DNA of 64,000 nucleotides from Candidatus Doudnabacteria bacterium (GTDB taxonomy: Bacteria > Patescibacteriota > Doudnabacteria > UBA920): positions 220,981 through 284,980 of the forward strand of contig CAWINB010000001.1 of NCBI GenBank assembly GCA_963837465.1, written 5' to 3'. Within the stretch, counting starts at the first letter, position 1. Each line of letters opens with the position of its first letter. The translations under genes and the position numbers were made by a program. Shown piece by piece: positions 44,734 through 54,551 of this stretch. The notes beneath the pieces are model-generated. The model had not been told where the DNA came from. It saw only the letters and a list, made by a program, of their open reading frames with translations, and searched no databases.

Positions 44734-46359
44734 TTACTCCACCAATTCCCCGCCAAAGATTTGCAGGGCGTCGGTTAGGGCGGCGGAAACGGAGGGCTGG
44801 GCGTTTTCCTGGGTAAGGACGCGGGCGGAGACGGACATTTTTTTTCCGGTAACTTCCTCAAAGGCCTGTAAAATTACTTGCGTATTTTTGGGATTTTCCA
44901 AATGCTGCTTGTTGAATAAAAACTTAACGCCAACGTAAACTTTGCCCCCCATAACTTCTATGAGCGAACAACTCTTAAGCAAATTAGCCAAGGGTCCGTT
45001 AATCTGCTTGATTTTAGCTATTACTCTGGGCCAGAAAGTTTCCACCTCGGCCAAAGTCATAACAGCCTCATCGGCGGCCGGCGCTTCGGCAATCGGCGGC
45101 GCTTCAGGCAACCCTGCGTCCGCGGCCGCGGGCTTTGGCGCGTAAATGGATTCCGTGATTGCAACGGCTGTCTTTTCCGGCTCCGTGTCTTTAACCGATG
45201 TTTTAACACTAACCCCAGGCGCCTGGGCCGCGTCCGGTTTGCCGGTTTGCCGGTCATTTGATTTGTCTATCATTTGATTCGCGGGCTTCCTAAACGCTCC
45301 CTCCAGCGCCGCCAACAACAAAGGAATTTGGGGGCTTGGAGAAGTGTCCAAGTCCTTGCAGGAACGCAAAAACAGCCGGATGATAAAAATCAAATCCTGG
45401 GATGAAAAATTTTCCGTTAACCTGGCCAGGGTTTTTAGATGATCTTCGGACAAAGAAAAGCTTTCCCGTCCCTCTGTAATTTTATAGACAAGCGCTTTGC
45501 GCAAATATTCCAGAAAGTCACGGTTTAGAATGGTAAAATCCAGACCTTTGGCCGATAGAGTGTCAAAAAATTCCGGCAAAGCCCCGGCTCCGGAATTTGC
45601 CGTTAACTCCAGGAGTTGTTCGCAAACGGCAATGTCCGTAATGCCCAAAAGCTGCTGGCAATCCGCCGCGCTTGGATCGGACCCCAAAGTCATGACCTTG
45701 TCCAGCAACGATAAAGCGTCGCGCAGGCTGCCGTCCGAGTTCTGGGCGACCAAATCCAGAATTTCAGGATTCAGGCTGATTTTTTCCAAAGCGCAAATTT
45801 TTTGCAGCTGTCCAAAAATCTCCGCGGCCGGTAAAGCTTTAAAATCAAAACGCTGGGTGCGGGAAATAATCGTGACCGGCACTTTGTTTATTTCCGTGGT
45901 AGCCAAAATAAAAACAGCGTGTCTGGGCGGCTCTTCCAAAGTCTTAAGCAAAGCGTTAAACGCGCCCTTGCTCAGCATATGAACCTCGTCTATAATAAAA
46001 ACTTTATATTTGCCAACGGCGGGAGAAAACTTGACGTGTTCAATAAGTTCGCGGATATTATCCACTCCGGTATTGGACGCCGCGTCAATTTCCACTAAAT
46101 CCATAAAATTCCCGGCTTCGATTTGCTTACAGACATTGCAAACTCCGCAAGCGTCGCCGCCTTTGGAATTTGGACAATTTATGGCTTTGGCTACAATTCG
46201 CGCCACAGAAGTTTTGCCTACTCCCCTGCTGCCCGTAAACAAATAAGCGTGCGCCGCGTGGCCCAAAGCCACCTGGTTTTCCAGGGTCCGGATAATATGT
46301 TTTTGCCCCACCACCTGGGCAAAAGTCTGGGGCCTGTATTTGCGGTATAAAACAGCCAT
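44734..46359 (-). CDS. dnaX: DNA polymerase III subunit gamma/tau.
   Basis: MAVLYRKYRPQTFAQVVGQKHI...GSRGVGKTSVARIVAKAINC.... Confidence 0.9.
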   Translation of the reverse strand: MAVLYRKYRPQTFAQVVGQKHIIRTLENQVALGHAAHAYLFTGSRGVGKTSVARIVAKAINCPNSKGGDACGVCNVCKQIEAGNFMDLVEIDAASNTGVDNIRELIEHVKFSPAVGKYKVFIIDEVHMLSKGAFNALLKTLEEPPRHAVFILATTEINKVPVTIISRTQRFDFKALPAAEIFGQLQKICALEKISLNPEILDLVAQNSDGSLRDALSLLDKVMTLGSDPSAADCQQLLGITDIAVCEQLLELTANSGAGALPEFFDTLSAKGLDFTILNRDFLEYLRKALVYKITEGRESFSLSEDHLKTLARLTENFSSQDLIFIIRLFLRSCKDLDTSPSPQIPLLLAALEGAFRKPANQMIDKSNDRQTGKPDAAQAPGVSVKTSVKDTEPEKTAVAITESIYAPKPAAADAGLPEAPPIAEAPAADEAVMTLAEVETFWPRVIAKIKQINGPLANLLKSCSLIEVMGGKVYVGVKFLFNKQHLENPKNTQVILQAFEEVTGKKMSVSARVLTQENAQPSVSAALTDALQIFGGELVE

Positions 46360-46367
46360 AAAAATAA

Positions 46368-46533
46368 ATTAGGACTTCCGCGTTTAATGCTATAAATAAT
46401 TAAATTAATGAATTAAACCACAGGGGCTTGGCCAACTTCGTCGTTATTTTCCTGCGGTGTTTGTCGTCGTAGGTGAACTACGCCTCCAAACATCCTCGGA
46501 AAATGCCTAGAATTTGGCCAAGCGCGGAAGTCC
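46368..46533 (-). ncRNA. Candidate small SRP RNA (ffs): a rod-like structured RNA immediately upstream of dnaX.
   Basis: A 13-bp terminal inverted repeat TAGGACTTCCGCG / CGCGGAAGTCCTA closes an imperfect hairpin of about 140 nt. The hairpin contains TTGGCCAA / TTGGCCAA, AUUUUCC / GGAAAAU, GUUUG / CAAAC and an apical CGUAG-UUCAC-CUACG. A symmetric 4x4 internal loop GAGG / ACGA lies near the apex. An extended -10 TGgTATAAT lies upstream on the minus strand (plus 46558-46566). ffs upstream of dnaX is a known arrangement in Firmicutes. Confidence 0.3.
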
Positions 46534-46590
46534 TACGATTCTCAAATTTGTTAGTTTATTATACCATCCCCGGAGACCGGGGGGAAATTA

Positions 46591-46631
46591 AACAAGGGCG
46601 CCCCTTGCTCGACGCAAGGGGCGCCCTTGTT
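46591..46631 (-). terminator. GC-rich perfect palindrome (18-bp arms) downstream of the metallophosphoesterase gene. It is a probable terminator.
   Basis: aacaagggcgccccttgc-tcgac-gcaaggggcgcccttgtt. Confidence 0.5.
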
Positions 46632-46648
46632 GGCCCTGTGATTCGGGC

Positions 46649-47767
46649 TTACTGCAAAATAATCACCACAATTTCGCTGTTAGTCCCAATCCTTTGCGGC
46701 GGTCCCCAGGTGCCGGCGCCGCTGGTGGTGATTACCTGCATTTTGCCGAACGGTTTTAACCCGTAATCATAGCCGTGAAATATTATCCCGGTTAAAAAAT
46801 TAAAAGGAAAAAGCTGGGCCCGGTGCGTGTGTCCGGAAAGCATAAGGCCAACGCCGTCGCTCTCCGCCGCTTTCATTCCCGTGGGGACATGCTTCATCAG
46901 AATAGTCGGCTTGGCCCTGTCATAAGGAATTTTAGCCAAAACCTTGGCCAGTCTTTTTTTACCCTGGGTGGCGTGGTAGGTTACCCCCGCTATCTGCAAT
47001 CCTTCTATTTCAACAAACTCGTTATGCAAAACTTTAATACCGGCTTTGGCCAGCGCCTGAAAATAAGCAGGATGGTGGCTGAACTCTTCATGGTTGCCGT
47101 TGGCAAAAAATACGCCGTATCGGCTTTTTACGGCGCTGAAAGGCTGGGCCAGATGCTGATAAGCGGCCGGAGTGCCGTCAAAAAAATCTCCCGGGATGAG
47201 GACAATATCCGGTTGTTGCCTGTTGGCGAGCGCGGCGATTTTTTTGCTGAAATTCAGGCCGCGGATGTTGCCCAAGTGGACATCGGCCAGCATGACAATT
47301 TTTTTACCGTGCCAGTTTTTGGGCAAATCCGCCAGACTGACTTTATAGGTTTTAACTTTTACGCGGTAAGAATTCCATACGCCCCAGGCGCTTACAAACA
47401 AGGCCAGCAAAAGCAGGAATTTCCCTATGTCCGCGACCGGCCACATAAATCCAAACAGCAGGCTGACGATTTTTACCAGCCAGTAAACCACCGAGGCCAT
47501 AATTAAAACCCATCCGGTACCCATCCAGATGGCCAGTGACCAAAAAATGGCGGTGCGCCGGGGGCTGGAACGCCTCATGACCAGCAGCCAGGAAAAAACA
47601 AAGCCTGCCCACAAAGCCAAAAAAGTAAAAGCCAAAAATTCCAGGTTCAGATAACCGTGGATGCCAAAAATATTGACAACCGTGGAAAACACAATCCAGT
47701 TGCCAAAAAATACCACGGCCTGATAGAGTGAAGTTACAAGCAGAGCTCGTAGGAACAATAGATTCAT
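46649..47767 (-). CDS. Membrane-anchored calcineurin-like metallophosphoesterase.
   Basis: N-terminal multi-TM region, then ...MLADVHLGN..., ...GDFFDG..., ...GNHE..., ...GHTH.... Confidence 0.75.
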   Translation of the reverse strand: MNLLFLRALLVTSLYQAVVFFGNWIVFSTVVNIFGIHGYLNLEFLAFTFLALWAGFVFSWLLVMRRSSPRRTAIFWSLAIWMGTGWVLIMASVVYWLVKIVSLLFGFMWPVADIGKFLLLLALFVSAWGVWNSYRVKVKTYKVSLADLPKNWHGKKIVMLADVHLGNIRGLNFSKKIAALANRQQPDIVLIPGDFFDGTPAAYQHLAQPFSAVKSRYGVFFANGNHEEFSHHPAYFQALAKAGIKVLHNEFVEIEGLQIAGVTYHATQGKKRLAKVLAKIPYDRAKPTILMKHVPTGMKAAESDGVGLMLSGHTHRAQLFPFNFLTGIIFHGYDYGLKPFGKMQVITTSGAGTWGPPQRIGTNSEIVVIILQ

Positions 47768-47879
47768 TTGTATATTAAAAAAGAACCTGCGGGCAAGAAC
47801 CTGTTTTAAACAAAATAATTTTTAGGCGGGGTCGCGGCAACTTCGGGCAAATTGGCGCGTGTAAATTTTGATGTTTAAG

Positions 47880-48539
47880 CTATTTTTTAAACACAAATAT
47901 TTTGTAGCCTATAAAATTCCAGACGAGGGAAACGCAGGTCGCGACCACAAAAGCCAGATTTTTATTCAGATCCGCGTTGGCGCTTAAATGTATGGCCGCG
48001 GAAAACCTGGCCACAATGGCAACGTTAATCAAAAAGCCTATCAAACTGACAATAAAAAACGCGGCCAGAGGGTTTTTTGTGTTTTGGGTGGTGTTATTGG
48101 ATAAGCCGAAACTCTTCCACAAGACCAGTTGCGTCAGTAAAAAAACCGCTAAAAGTATCAGATAAAAATAATAAGCCGCGCTTAATTTGGAAGCAATGAG
48201 TACCAGTAATACCGACAAAACTCCGACCGCGCCCACACCAACCAGCCGGAAAAAATTTTGCGTTAAATTCAGCGTTTGCTGCCCAAAAGCCCAGTCTTTA
48301 TTCCAGTAATAACTTTGGGTGGTGGCTAAAATAAAACCCAAGCCGCTGATTAACCCGAGTCCGCCGCCCTGTTCAACCCCCAAAAATTTGGAAATCAGGT
48401 TAGAGACAATAAAGCTAAGCGCGGTATTTAGAAACCCGATGGCCCCAAAGCGGCATAATTGCAAAATCACCGGATAACGTCGCAAAAATCCGCCGATTTG
48501 ATTGCTTAAAGATATTGGCTGCGTCTGGTAACTGTCCAT
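47880..48539 (-). CDS. GtrA-like polytopic membrane protein.
   Basis: ...ILQLCRFGAIGFLNTALSFIVSNLISKFL... is typical of the GtrA family, with four TM segments. Confidence 0.5.
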   Translation of the reverse strand: MDSYQTQPISLSNQIGGFLRRYPVILQLCRFGAIGFLNTALSFIVSNLISKFLGVEQGGGLGLISGLGFILATTQSYYWNKDWAFGQQTLNLTQNFFRLVGVGAVGVLSVLLVLIASKLSAAYYFYLILLAVFLLTQLVLWKSFGLSNNTTQNTKNPLAAFFIVSLIGFLINVAIVARFSAAIHLSANADLNKNLAFVVATCVSLVWNFIGYKIFVFKK

Positions 48540-48589
48540 GGATATAATTTCAAATCCAGATATTTATGTCGGGTTTAAATTTGGTATTT

Positions 48590-49207
48590 TTACAACTCTT
48601 CGTCTTCATCCACAATAACTTTGGAGCCCGTAGTTTCGCCCATCTCCATATCCGTATGCCCGGAACCCGCGCCTTTTTTAATGACATTTTCCACGGCGGC
48701 CCAGTCGGTGGGATGGTCTTTGGGGATAACAATGGTAACCTCGTCGCCGGCTTCAGCCTTAAAATAAGTCAAGCTGGCCAGCAGAACTTTATAAGGCTTG
48801 CCTTCGGCCAGGACGCGAAAATCGCCTTTTTCATCAACCATAAGCATTCCCAGCATTTTTTGCCGCTCCACCGGGCCTATTTGTTTATAAATAAACGAGC
48901 CATCGTCGGAGATGGTCAGTTTGAGCACGTCACCCTCCACCAGTTTGGATTTGGAAGCGTAGTTGGCGGGCACGGGATATTGTTTCTTGTCCGGGCCTAT
49001 CATATTCTGGCCGTCAAATACGCCCTCAATAACCTTGCCGCCTTCGGAAACGGTCAATACCTGGGTATTGGCCGAAAGCGCGGCAAAATTGGCTTTGGCT
49101 GCCGGTCCGCCCATCATCTCCTTAAGCAACTGTTTGGCCGAGGTGATATTTTTTTCGGCCGCTTCTATCATTTGGACGGCCAAAGCTAAATTGGAAAGTT
49201 TATCCAT
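48590..49207 (-). CDS. Hypothetical protein.
   Basis: 205-aa ORF with an acidic C-terminus. Confidence 0.4.
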   Translation of the reverse strand: MDKLSNLALAVQMIEAAEKNITSAKQLLKEMMGGPAAKANFAALSANTQVLTVSEGGKVIEGVFDGQNMIGPDKKQYPVPANYASKSKLVEGDVLKLTISDDGSFIYKQIGPVERQKMLGMLMVDEKGDFRVLAEGKPYKVLLASLTYFKAEAGDEVTIVIPKDHPTDWAAVENVIKKGAGSGHTDMEMGETTGSKVIVDEDEEL

Positions 49208-49395
49208 AAGTATGTTTTTATTTTAATTTCAAAACGAAAAAAGCCTTAACTATGATTTATGATTATAGGTTATACGAAAAAATTTGTATTTTTGTTTCCT
49301 TCTACGCCTCCAAACTAACACTGGAAGTATAACAAAAAATTAAAAAAGCCGCAACCCGCGCGGCTGTGGCTAACTTTTGGCCTTCTTAAGCGCCA

Positions 49396-49833
49396 TTAAT
49401 TCTGGCTTAAACCCGCGAAAACCCGGCCTTTTTCCGGGGAGTTCATCAAATAGCGGCAAAACTCCGGATATTTCAGGCATAATTGCTGGATGGTCAGGCC
49501 GGGACTGGCCGCATCCTGCAAAAAGGCCGTGGAAGAGTTGATGTCGCGGGCCAGAATTTTGGAAACATAATCTTTAATTTCCGACTCATAAACTTTGATG
49601 CTGGAGGCTTGATAACCAAAATGCAGAGCTTGTTTAAGCACTGTAACTTCTTCAAAATCTTTTTCAATCTGGGTCAGCATTAAAAGCGCCTCGTCCTCGG
49701 ACTCCAAACCAGGCAGCCGCGCCACCACCCTCTTGGAAATTTCCGCGGCTCTGGCCAAAGAAATACGCCTGCTGCGGATAGCCTCAGCCAAAAATAAAGC
49801 GATAAGCTGGTTTAAATTTTGGGACTGGTCCAT
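49396..49833 (-). CDS. Hypothetical protein.
   Basis: 145-aa ORF. Confidence 0.35.
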   Translation of the reverse strand: MDQSQNLNQLIALFLAEAIRSRRISLARAAEISKRVVARLPGLESEDEALLMLTQIEKDFEEVTVLKQALHFGYQASSIKVYESEIKDYVSKILARDINSSTAFLQDAASPGLTIQQLCLKYPEFCRYLMNSPEKGRVFAGLSQN

Positions 49834-49836
49834 AAA

Positions 49837-50043
49837 TTAACGATGGGATTTTCCACCACCTCTAACCCCAGGCGCAAACTCCGAAATACTTTCAATCGCC
49901 TCCCGCGATTTTTCGATCACAGGACCTATGATAGCCTCTGTAAGACCATCGGTAACGGCTCTAACCTTTCCTTCCTTATGACCTTTCGAAGAGCTAGCAC
50001 TAGAAGAATGACTAGTAGCTGCGTGTCCATGTTGCTCTGCCAT
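49837..50043 (-). CDS. Hypothetical small Ser/His-rich protein.
   Basis: 68-aa ORF immediately upstream of 49396-49833. Confidence 0.3.
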   Translation of the reverse strand: MAEQHGHAATSHSSSASSSKGHKEGKVRAVTDGLTEAIIGPVIEKSREAIESISEFAPGVRGGGKSHR

Positions 50044-50117
50044 AAATTTACATCTCCTTAATTATCTTAATTTTACCAACTTGCCAAAAAAAGTAAAGCT
50101 GCAAAACCTCTCATTAA

Positions 50118-50180
50118 CCATCCATGCCTGAAAGCACTGATAAGGGATCCCTCGGATGCACTCGGGATGGCAGATGGATG
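50118..50180. repeat. Short copy of the 'GGGATCCCTT'-core palindromic element.
   Basis: ccatccatgcctgaaagcactgataagggatccctcggatgcactcgggatggcag. Confidence 0.35.
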
Positions 50181-50334
50181 ATTACTGCGCAGCAGAATGG
50201 TCAATTTTACTTAATCCTTATTAAAGTCAGCGTTTCCAAGATCGCCCATAAATGGGCACCCTGCATCCGATTCCCTGATTCATTCGACAGCCAATTTTAC
50301 TTAATTTTATTTAATTACCAAATTTTACTTAATC

Positions 50335-52893
50335 CTAAAGCCCCCTCTCAACATCCGGCAGCGCCTCGGCCATGTTTTCGGCTACTTGGCCGGCTTCCAG
50401 GATTTCTTCTTCCACTTCGGCGCGCGGACGACCGTGTTTGAGGCGGGATAACTGGCGAATGGCCTGCGCTTGCTCCTCATTGCCATTTCTTAACAGCGGG
50501 TAGGTGGCAATATTAAACGGCTTGCTGGCCGTGCCGTTTATCATTAATTTTAAGTAGGCGTTGTAGCGGTCCACATTGACCAAATCAAACTCGTTAAAAG
50601 TCGGCTTAAATTCCTTGGCCATAACCTCGCTGTCCTCGGAACCTATCCTGAAACAAACCATACTGCCGGCGTTGCCGAACACGGCGTCGCGAAGGTCTTT
50701 GGATCCCGCTCCCTGGGCGCCGGCCTGGGTTTCCAGCTGTCCCAAATATTGGTGGGCGATAATTAAATTCAGGCGGTATTTTCTGGCTTCCGAAAGGATG
50801 GATGAAAAAGCGTCCGTGATAAAGTTTTGGAACTCATCCACATAAAGATAAAAATCCGGACGTTTATCTTCTTTAACGTCGGCCCGGGCCAGCGCGGCCA
50901 TCTGCAATTTTGAAACGATAATCAAGCCCAAAAGCTTGGCGTTGATTTCGCCAACTTTGCCCTTGGCTAGGTTTATAAGCAAAATTTTGCGGCCGTCCAT
51001 AACCTCGCGGAAATTAAAAGCGGATTTTGGCTGGCCGACTATATTGCGCATCATAGCGTTTTCCACAAACCGCCCGACTTTGGAAATTAAGTAGCCAAGC
51101 ATTTCCGACTTATGGAAGTCCGACGTCTTGGCCATTTCCTTTTCCCAAAACAGCCGCACGACAGGATCTTTAAGTTTGCTGACTTTGTACTTTTGAAATT
51201 CCGTGTCCGTAAAAATTCTTGGGATATCTGTAATAGTTCCTGGATGTTCTTCGTCCGCCATCAGCGTAAGCATGGCGTTTCTCATGTTGTGCTCAAACAT
51301 CGGGCCAAGCATAGCCGGGTCGGTAACCAGTTTGTAAAAAATCTGGATCATTTCCTGCACGGCGAAATCTTTTTGTTCTTCGCTGTCCACCTGCAGCATG
51401 TTTAATCCCATGGGCCGCTCCATATCAAACGGCTCAAACAAAATTACGTCCTCGGCGCGCTCCTTGGGTATGTGCGGCAAAATATCTTCTATAAAATCCC
51501 CGTGCGGGTCTATAACGCAAAGCCCTTCGCCGTTTTTAATATCCTGTACCGACATATACTTCATAATTTCCGTCTTGCCGCTGCCGGTGCGGCCGAGAAT
51601 ATACATATGCCTTCTGCGGTCATCGCGCTGCATAAAAACTTTTGTCTCCAGTCCGCGGTAAATATTGCGGCCCAAAAGCACGCCTTCCTTGGGCAAGTTA
51701 ACCGGCGGCGGCGCTTTTTTGGATATCAGCCATTTAATGTTGGGCGTTTCTATGTAAGGCGTGGGCAGGTGCCAAAGGCTGGCCAGTTCCTCTGTGTTTA
51801 AAATGCTCTGGCTGCCGTTGTCGCGAAAAACCCGAAAAATATAATCTTTTAAGATATCATTTTTGTCCCTTTTTTTTGTATGCAAACCGTTAAACGGCGG
51901 CATATTGTATTGCAAAAAAGCGGCCAGCAAATTGCGCATATGGCTATTGGCGTTGCCGGGAATGGATGATGATGTAATAAGGCGGATGTTGGTTTTATAG
52001 CCCGGCCGGCTGGCTTTTTCTTCCAGCTTTTTTACAATTTCCTGCTGCATCGGCGTTAGCTGGATGGGCGAGGCGTAGCCGGATAAATCTTTGTGGGTAT
52101 GAGAACCCTGTTGCTGCTGGCCGCTGCCGCCAATGCCGGCCAGGCCTTTGCCCACGCCGCGCATAAAACCTATAAGCAAACGGTAAACGTGCCCCCGCTC
52201 CACCATTTCCGGATTTTTTCCCTGCTGGATTTCCAAAGCCATATGCCGCGGCCGCCCCTGCCACAATGTGCCGGCCGGACTTAATATAAACTGGATGGCC
52301 GCGCCTTCGTTCTCCTGAAGTTTGCTCATGGCATTGGTCAGGGCGCTGAGCGGGTCGGACTCCATGGTTTTGTAAGTGCGGTAAGGATAAACGTACTGCT
52401 TGTTCAGCCTGAGTTCTTCCACTTCCACTTTGCCGTCTTTTTGGAAAGGATTATAGCCGGGCACCTGCTCAATAAAGGCGTGCGGATACTGGGCCTGGAT
52501 TTGTTTTTCCACCAGCTCTTGCAGATGCTTGGGACAGTTAACATAAAAAGAAATTTTTTTCTCCGTGCAGGCGATTTCAAAACTGAAATAATCCTTGCCC
52601 AAAAGCCAGCCCTTGTTGTGGCCGGACTCCGAAAGCGTGGTAAACAATTGTTCGGCTATGGCAATCAGCGCTTTTTTTTCTTCCTCGCTTTTAGGCCGGT
52701 CATCCGTCTTATCCGGCGACCCCTCCTTAGGCATCTGGATTTCCAAAAACACCCAGTCCTGGATCCTGGGCACCACATGCTTTGTATGATATATATGCCG
52801 CTTATAATAATAAAAAAAGACAGCCGCAAAAACGACTATCAAAACCAATAAAACCAAAACCGCAATCTGAATTGAGTTTATTTCAAGGGGCAT
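50335..52893 (-). CDS. Membrane-anchored AAA ATPase of the VirD4/TraG/TraD (type IV coupling protein-like) / DUF87 type.
   Basis: N-terminal TM segment. Walker A YILGRTGSGKTEIMK...VIDPHGDF. Walker B-like FYLYVDEFQNF. 852 aa. Confidence 0.55.
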   Translation of the reverse strand: MPLEINSIQIAVLVLLVLIVVFAAVFFYYYKRHIYHTKHVVPRIQDWVFLEIQMPKEGSPDKTDDRPKSEEEKKALIAIAEQLFTTLSESGHNKGWLLGKDYFSFEIACTEKKISFYVNCPKHLQELVEKQIQAQYPHAFIEQVPGYNPFQKDGKVEVEELRLNKQYVYPYRTYKTMESDPLSALTNAMSKLQENEGAAIQFILSPAGTLWQGRPRHMALEIQQGKNPEMVERGHVYRLLIGFMRGVGKGLAGIGGSGQQQQGSHTHKDLSGYASPIQLTPMQQEIVKKLEEKASRPGYKTNIRLITSSSIPGNANSHMRNLLAAFLQYNMPPFNGLHTKKRDKNDILKDYIFRVFRDNGSQSILNTEELASLWHLPTPYIETPNIKWLISKKAPPPVNLPKEGVLLGRNIYRGLETKVFMQRDDRRRHMYILGRTGSGKTEIMKYMSVQDIKNGEGLCVIDPHGDFIEDILPHIPKERAEDVILFEPFDMERPMGLNMLQVDSEEQKDFAVQEMIQIFYKLVTDPAMLGPMFEHNMRNAMLTLMADEEHPGTITDIPRIFTDTEFQKYKVSKLKDPVVRLFWEKEMAKTSDFHKSEMLGYLISKVGRFVENAMMRNIVGQPKSAFNFREVMDGRKILLINLAKGKVGEINAKLLGLIIVSKLQMAALARADVKEDKRPDFYLYVDEFQNFITDAFSSILSEARKYRLNLIIAHQYLGQLETQAGAQGAGSKDLRDAVFGNAGSMVCFRIGSEDSEVMAKEFKPTFNEFDLVNVDRYNAYLKLMINGTASKPFNIATYPLLRNGNEEQAQAIRQLSRLKHGRPRAEVEEEILEAGQVAENMAEALPDVERGL

Positions 52894-52917
52894 TTATTTT
52901 TGTTTGTAAGGCAGCTT

Positions 52918-53304
52918 CTAATCTTGCTTGCTTTCTGATCTTTTTTTAGCCATTTCTATCATTGCCCTAGTAATGGCATCGGGGTCAGTCAGGTCCAAAT
53001 CACCGCTCATCATTTTTGTTAGCATTTCTCCACTCATTTCATTAGCTTCTAGATTCACCGCTGGAGAAACCCCATCAGAACTTGGTTTTAATTCTGGAGC
53101 AATTACCTGATGTTCTGCTGGCAATTTTCCCATGGCTTCCGCAGTTTGTTTTTTCTCCTGAAAACTGGACGATGTTTCTGGACTGTTAGTATGTTTAAGT
53201 TCAGCTAAAGCAGCTTTGTCTCCGTTTTTTGCCAACTCTAAAAGCTCTTCTTGTTTTTTAAGAAAAGCGGCTTCTGTGGGAATAGTTTGTTGTTCTTGAG
53301 CCAT
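52918..53304 (-). CDS. Hypothetical protein.
   Basis: 128-aa ORF upstream of and co-oriented with the ATPase. Confidence 0.35.
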   Translation of the reverse strand: MAQEQQTIPTEAAFLKKQEELLELAKNGDKAALAELKHTNSPETSSSFQEKKQTAEAMGKLPAEHQVIAPELKPSSDGVSPAVNLEANEMSGEMLTKMMSGDLDLTDPDAITRAMIEMAKKRSESKQD

Positions 53305-53503
53305 AAAAAGCTATATTATTATATCATAAATACCTACATTTAACTTAATATTATAGGCCTTTTAGCCATTTTTGTCAAACAGCGACAAATCAACACCAAG
53401 ACTAAACGGCTTGTAGTTAGCCCATTTATGGGCTGTTAAGATCACTATTGACCTTCGCCAATTAGCTTGAATATGGATTAATTTTGTGCTACCATGAAGG
53501 TAT

Positions 53504-54001
53504 ATGAAAAACAAACATATATCTTCAGGGTCTCGCAAACGGGATCCACAGGCGCTGGAGTCGCGCCGCAGACAAGCCATCAGGCTCCATAGCCAGGGCA
53601 AAAGCCAGTATTTTATAGCCAAAAAGCTAAAAGTCAGCTTTGAGGCGGTCAGTAACTGGGTGGAGCTCTATAAAGATGGCGGTTTAGAGGGCTTAAAAAG
53701 CAAGGGCAGGCCCGGCCCCAAGCCTCAACTGGATAATGAAGACCGGAGAAAGCTCAAAGCCGCTATCTTAAAGGGCCCCAAAGCCCTGGGTTATTCCACC
53801 GACTTATGGACACTTCAAAGGATCGGCAAGGTAATTAAAAGCATCAGTAAGGTTAACTACCACCCGGGCCATGTCTGGAAAATTCTCATCTCTTTGGGCT
53901 TTTCCTGCCAAAAGCCTGAAACCAGAGCCAAAGAACGCGATGAGTCAGCCATCAAAGCCTGGAAAGTTCAAAGCTTTCCGGCCTTAAAAAAAATGGGCTG
54001 A
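53504..54001 (+). CDS. IS630-family transposase OrfA (HTH DNA-binding part).
   Basis: ...RRRQAIRLHSQGKSQYFIAKKLKVSFEAVSNWV... It ends at a TGA just after an A8 run (53986-53993). Confidence 0.75.
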   Translation: MKNKHISSGSRKRDPQALESRRRQAIRLHSQGKSQYFIAKKLKVSFEAVSNWVELYKDGGLEGLKSKGRPGPKPQLDNEDRRKLKAAILKGPKALGYSTDLWTLQRIGKVIKSISKVNYHPGHVWKILISLGFSCQKPETRAKERDESAIKAWKVQSFPALKKMG

Positions 54002-54551
54002 TAAACACCTGTATTTACTGGGCTTCCACGATGAGTCGGGAATTTCTGAAAAACCTACTGTCAGAAGAACCTGGTCTGTGGTGGGCAGGACGCCGATAAT
54101 ACAATCCACGGGCTCTTGGGCGACAATGAGCCTTTCCGGGACAATTGTTTGTACCCCTAAAGGCAATAATCCCCGGTTGTTTTTAAAAAGCCTGCCCCAT
54201 AGCGTCAAATTTCCCGATGTTATTGACTATTTAAAAGAACTGAAACGCCACTTAAAGGGTAAGAAGCTGTTGTTGTTTTGGGACGGACTATCGGCGCATA
54301 AGGCTAAAGCGACGATAGAATACCTCAAAACTCAAAAGCATTGGCTGAAGGTGGAGCGGTTTCCGGCTTACGCGCCGGAACTCAACCCGGCCGAATACCT
54401 GTGGTCCGCTATGAAGAACAAACATTTATGCAACCTGCGGCCCAAAGGCTTGCCGCTGTTAAAGGCCGCGGTTGGCAGGAGTTATCGTAAAATCAGGAAT
54501 GACAGGGAACTGTTACGGGGATTTCTGAGAGCCTCGGTACTCTATGTTTAA
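53988..54551 (+). CDS. IS630-family transposase OrfB (DDE catalytic part). Its frame is +1 relative to OrfA.
   Basis: The frame opens right after the TAA at 53985-53987. It reads KKWADKHLYLLGFHDESGISEKPTVRRTWSVVGRTPIIQ...LLLFWDGLSAHKAKA...FPAYAPELNPAEYLWSAMK (the DDE/DDD motifs). Confidence 0.7.
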   Translation, partial: KKWADKHLYLLGFHDESGISEKPTVRRTWSVVGRTPIIQSTGSWATMSLSGTIVCTPKGNNPRLFLKSLPHSVKFPDVIDYLKELKRHLKGKKLLLFWDGLSAHKAKATIEYLKTQKHWLKVERFPAYAPELNPAEYLWSAMKNKHLCNLRPKGLPLLKAAVGRSYRKIRNDRELLRGFLRASVLYV

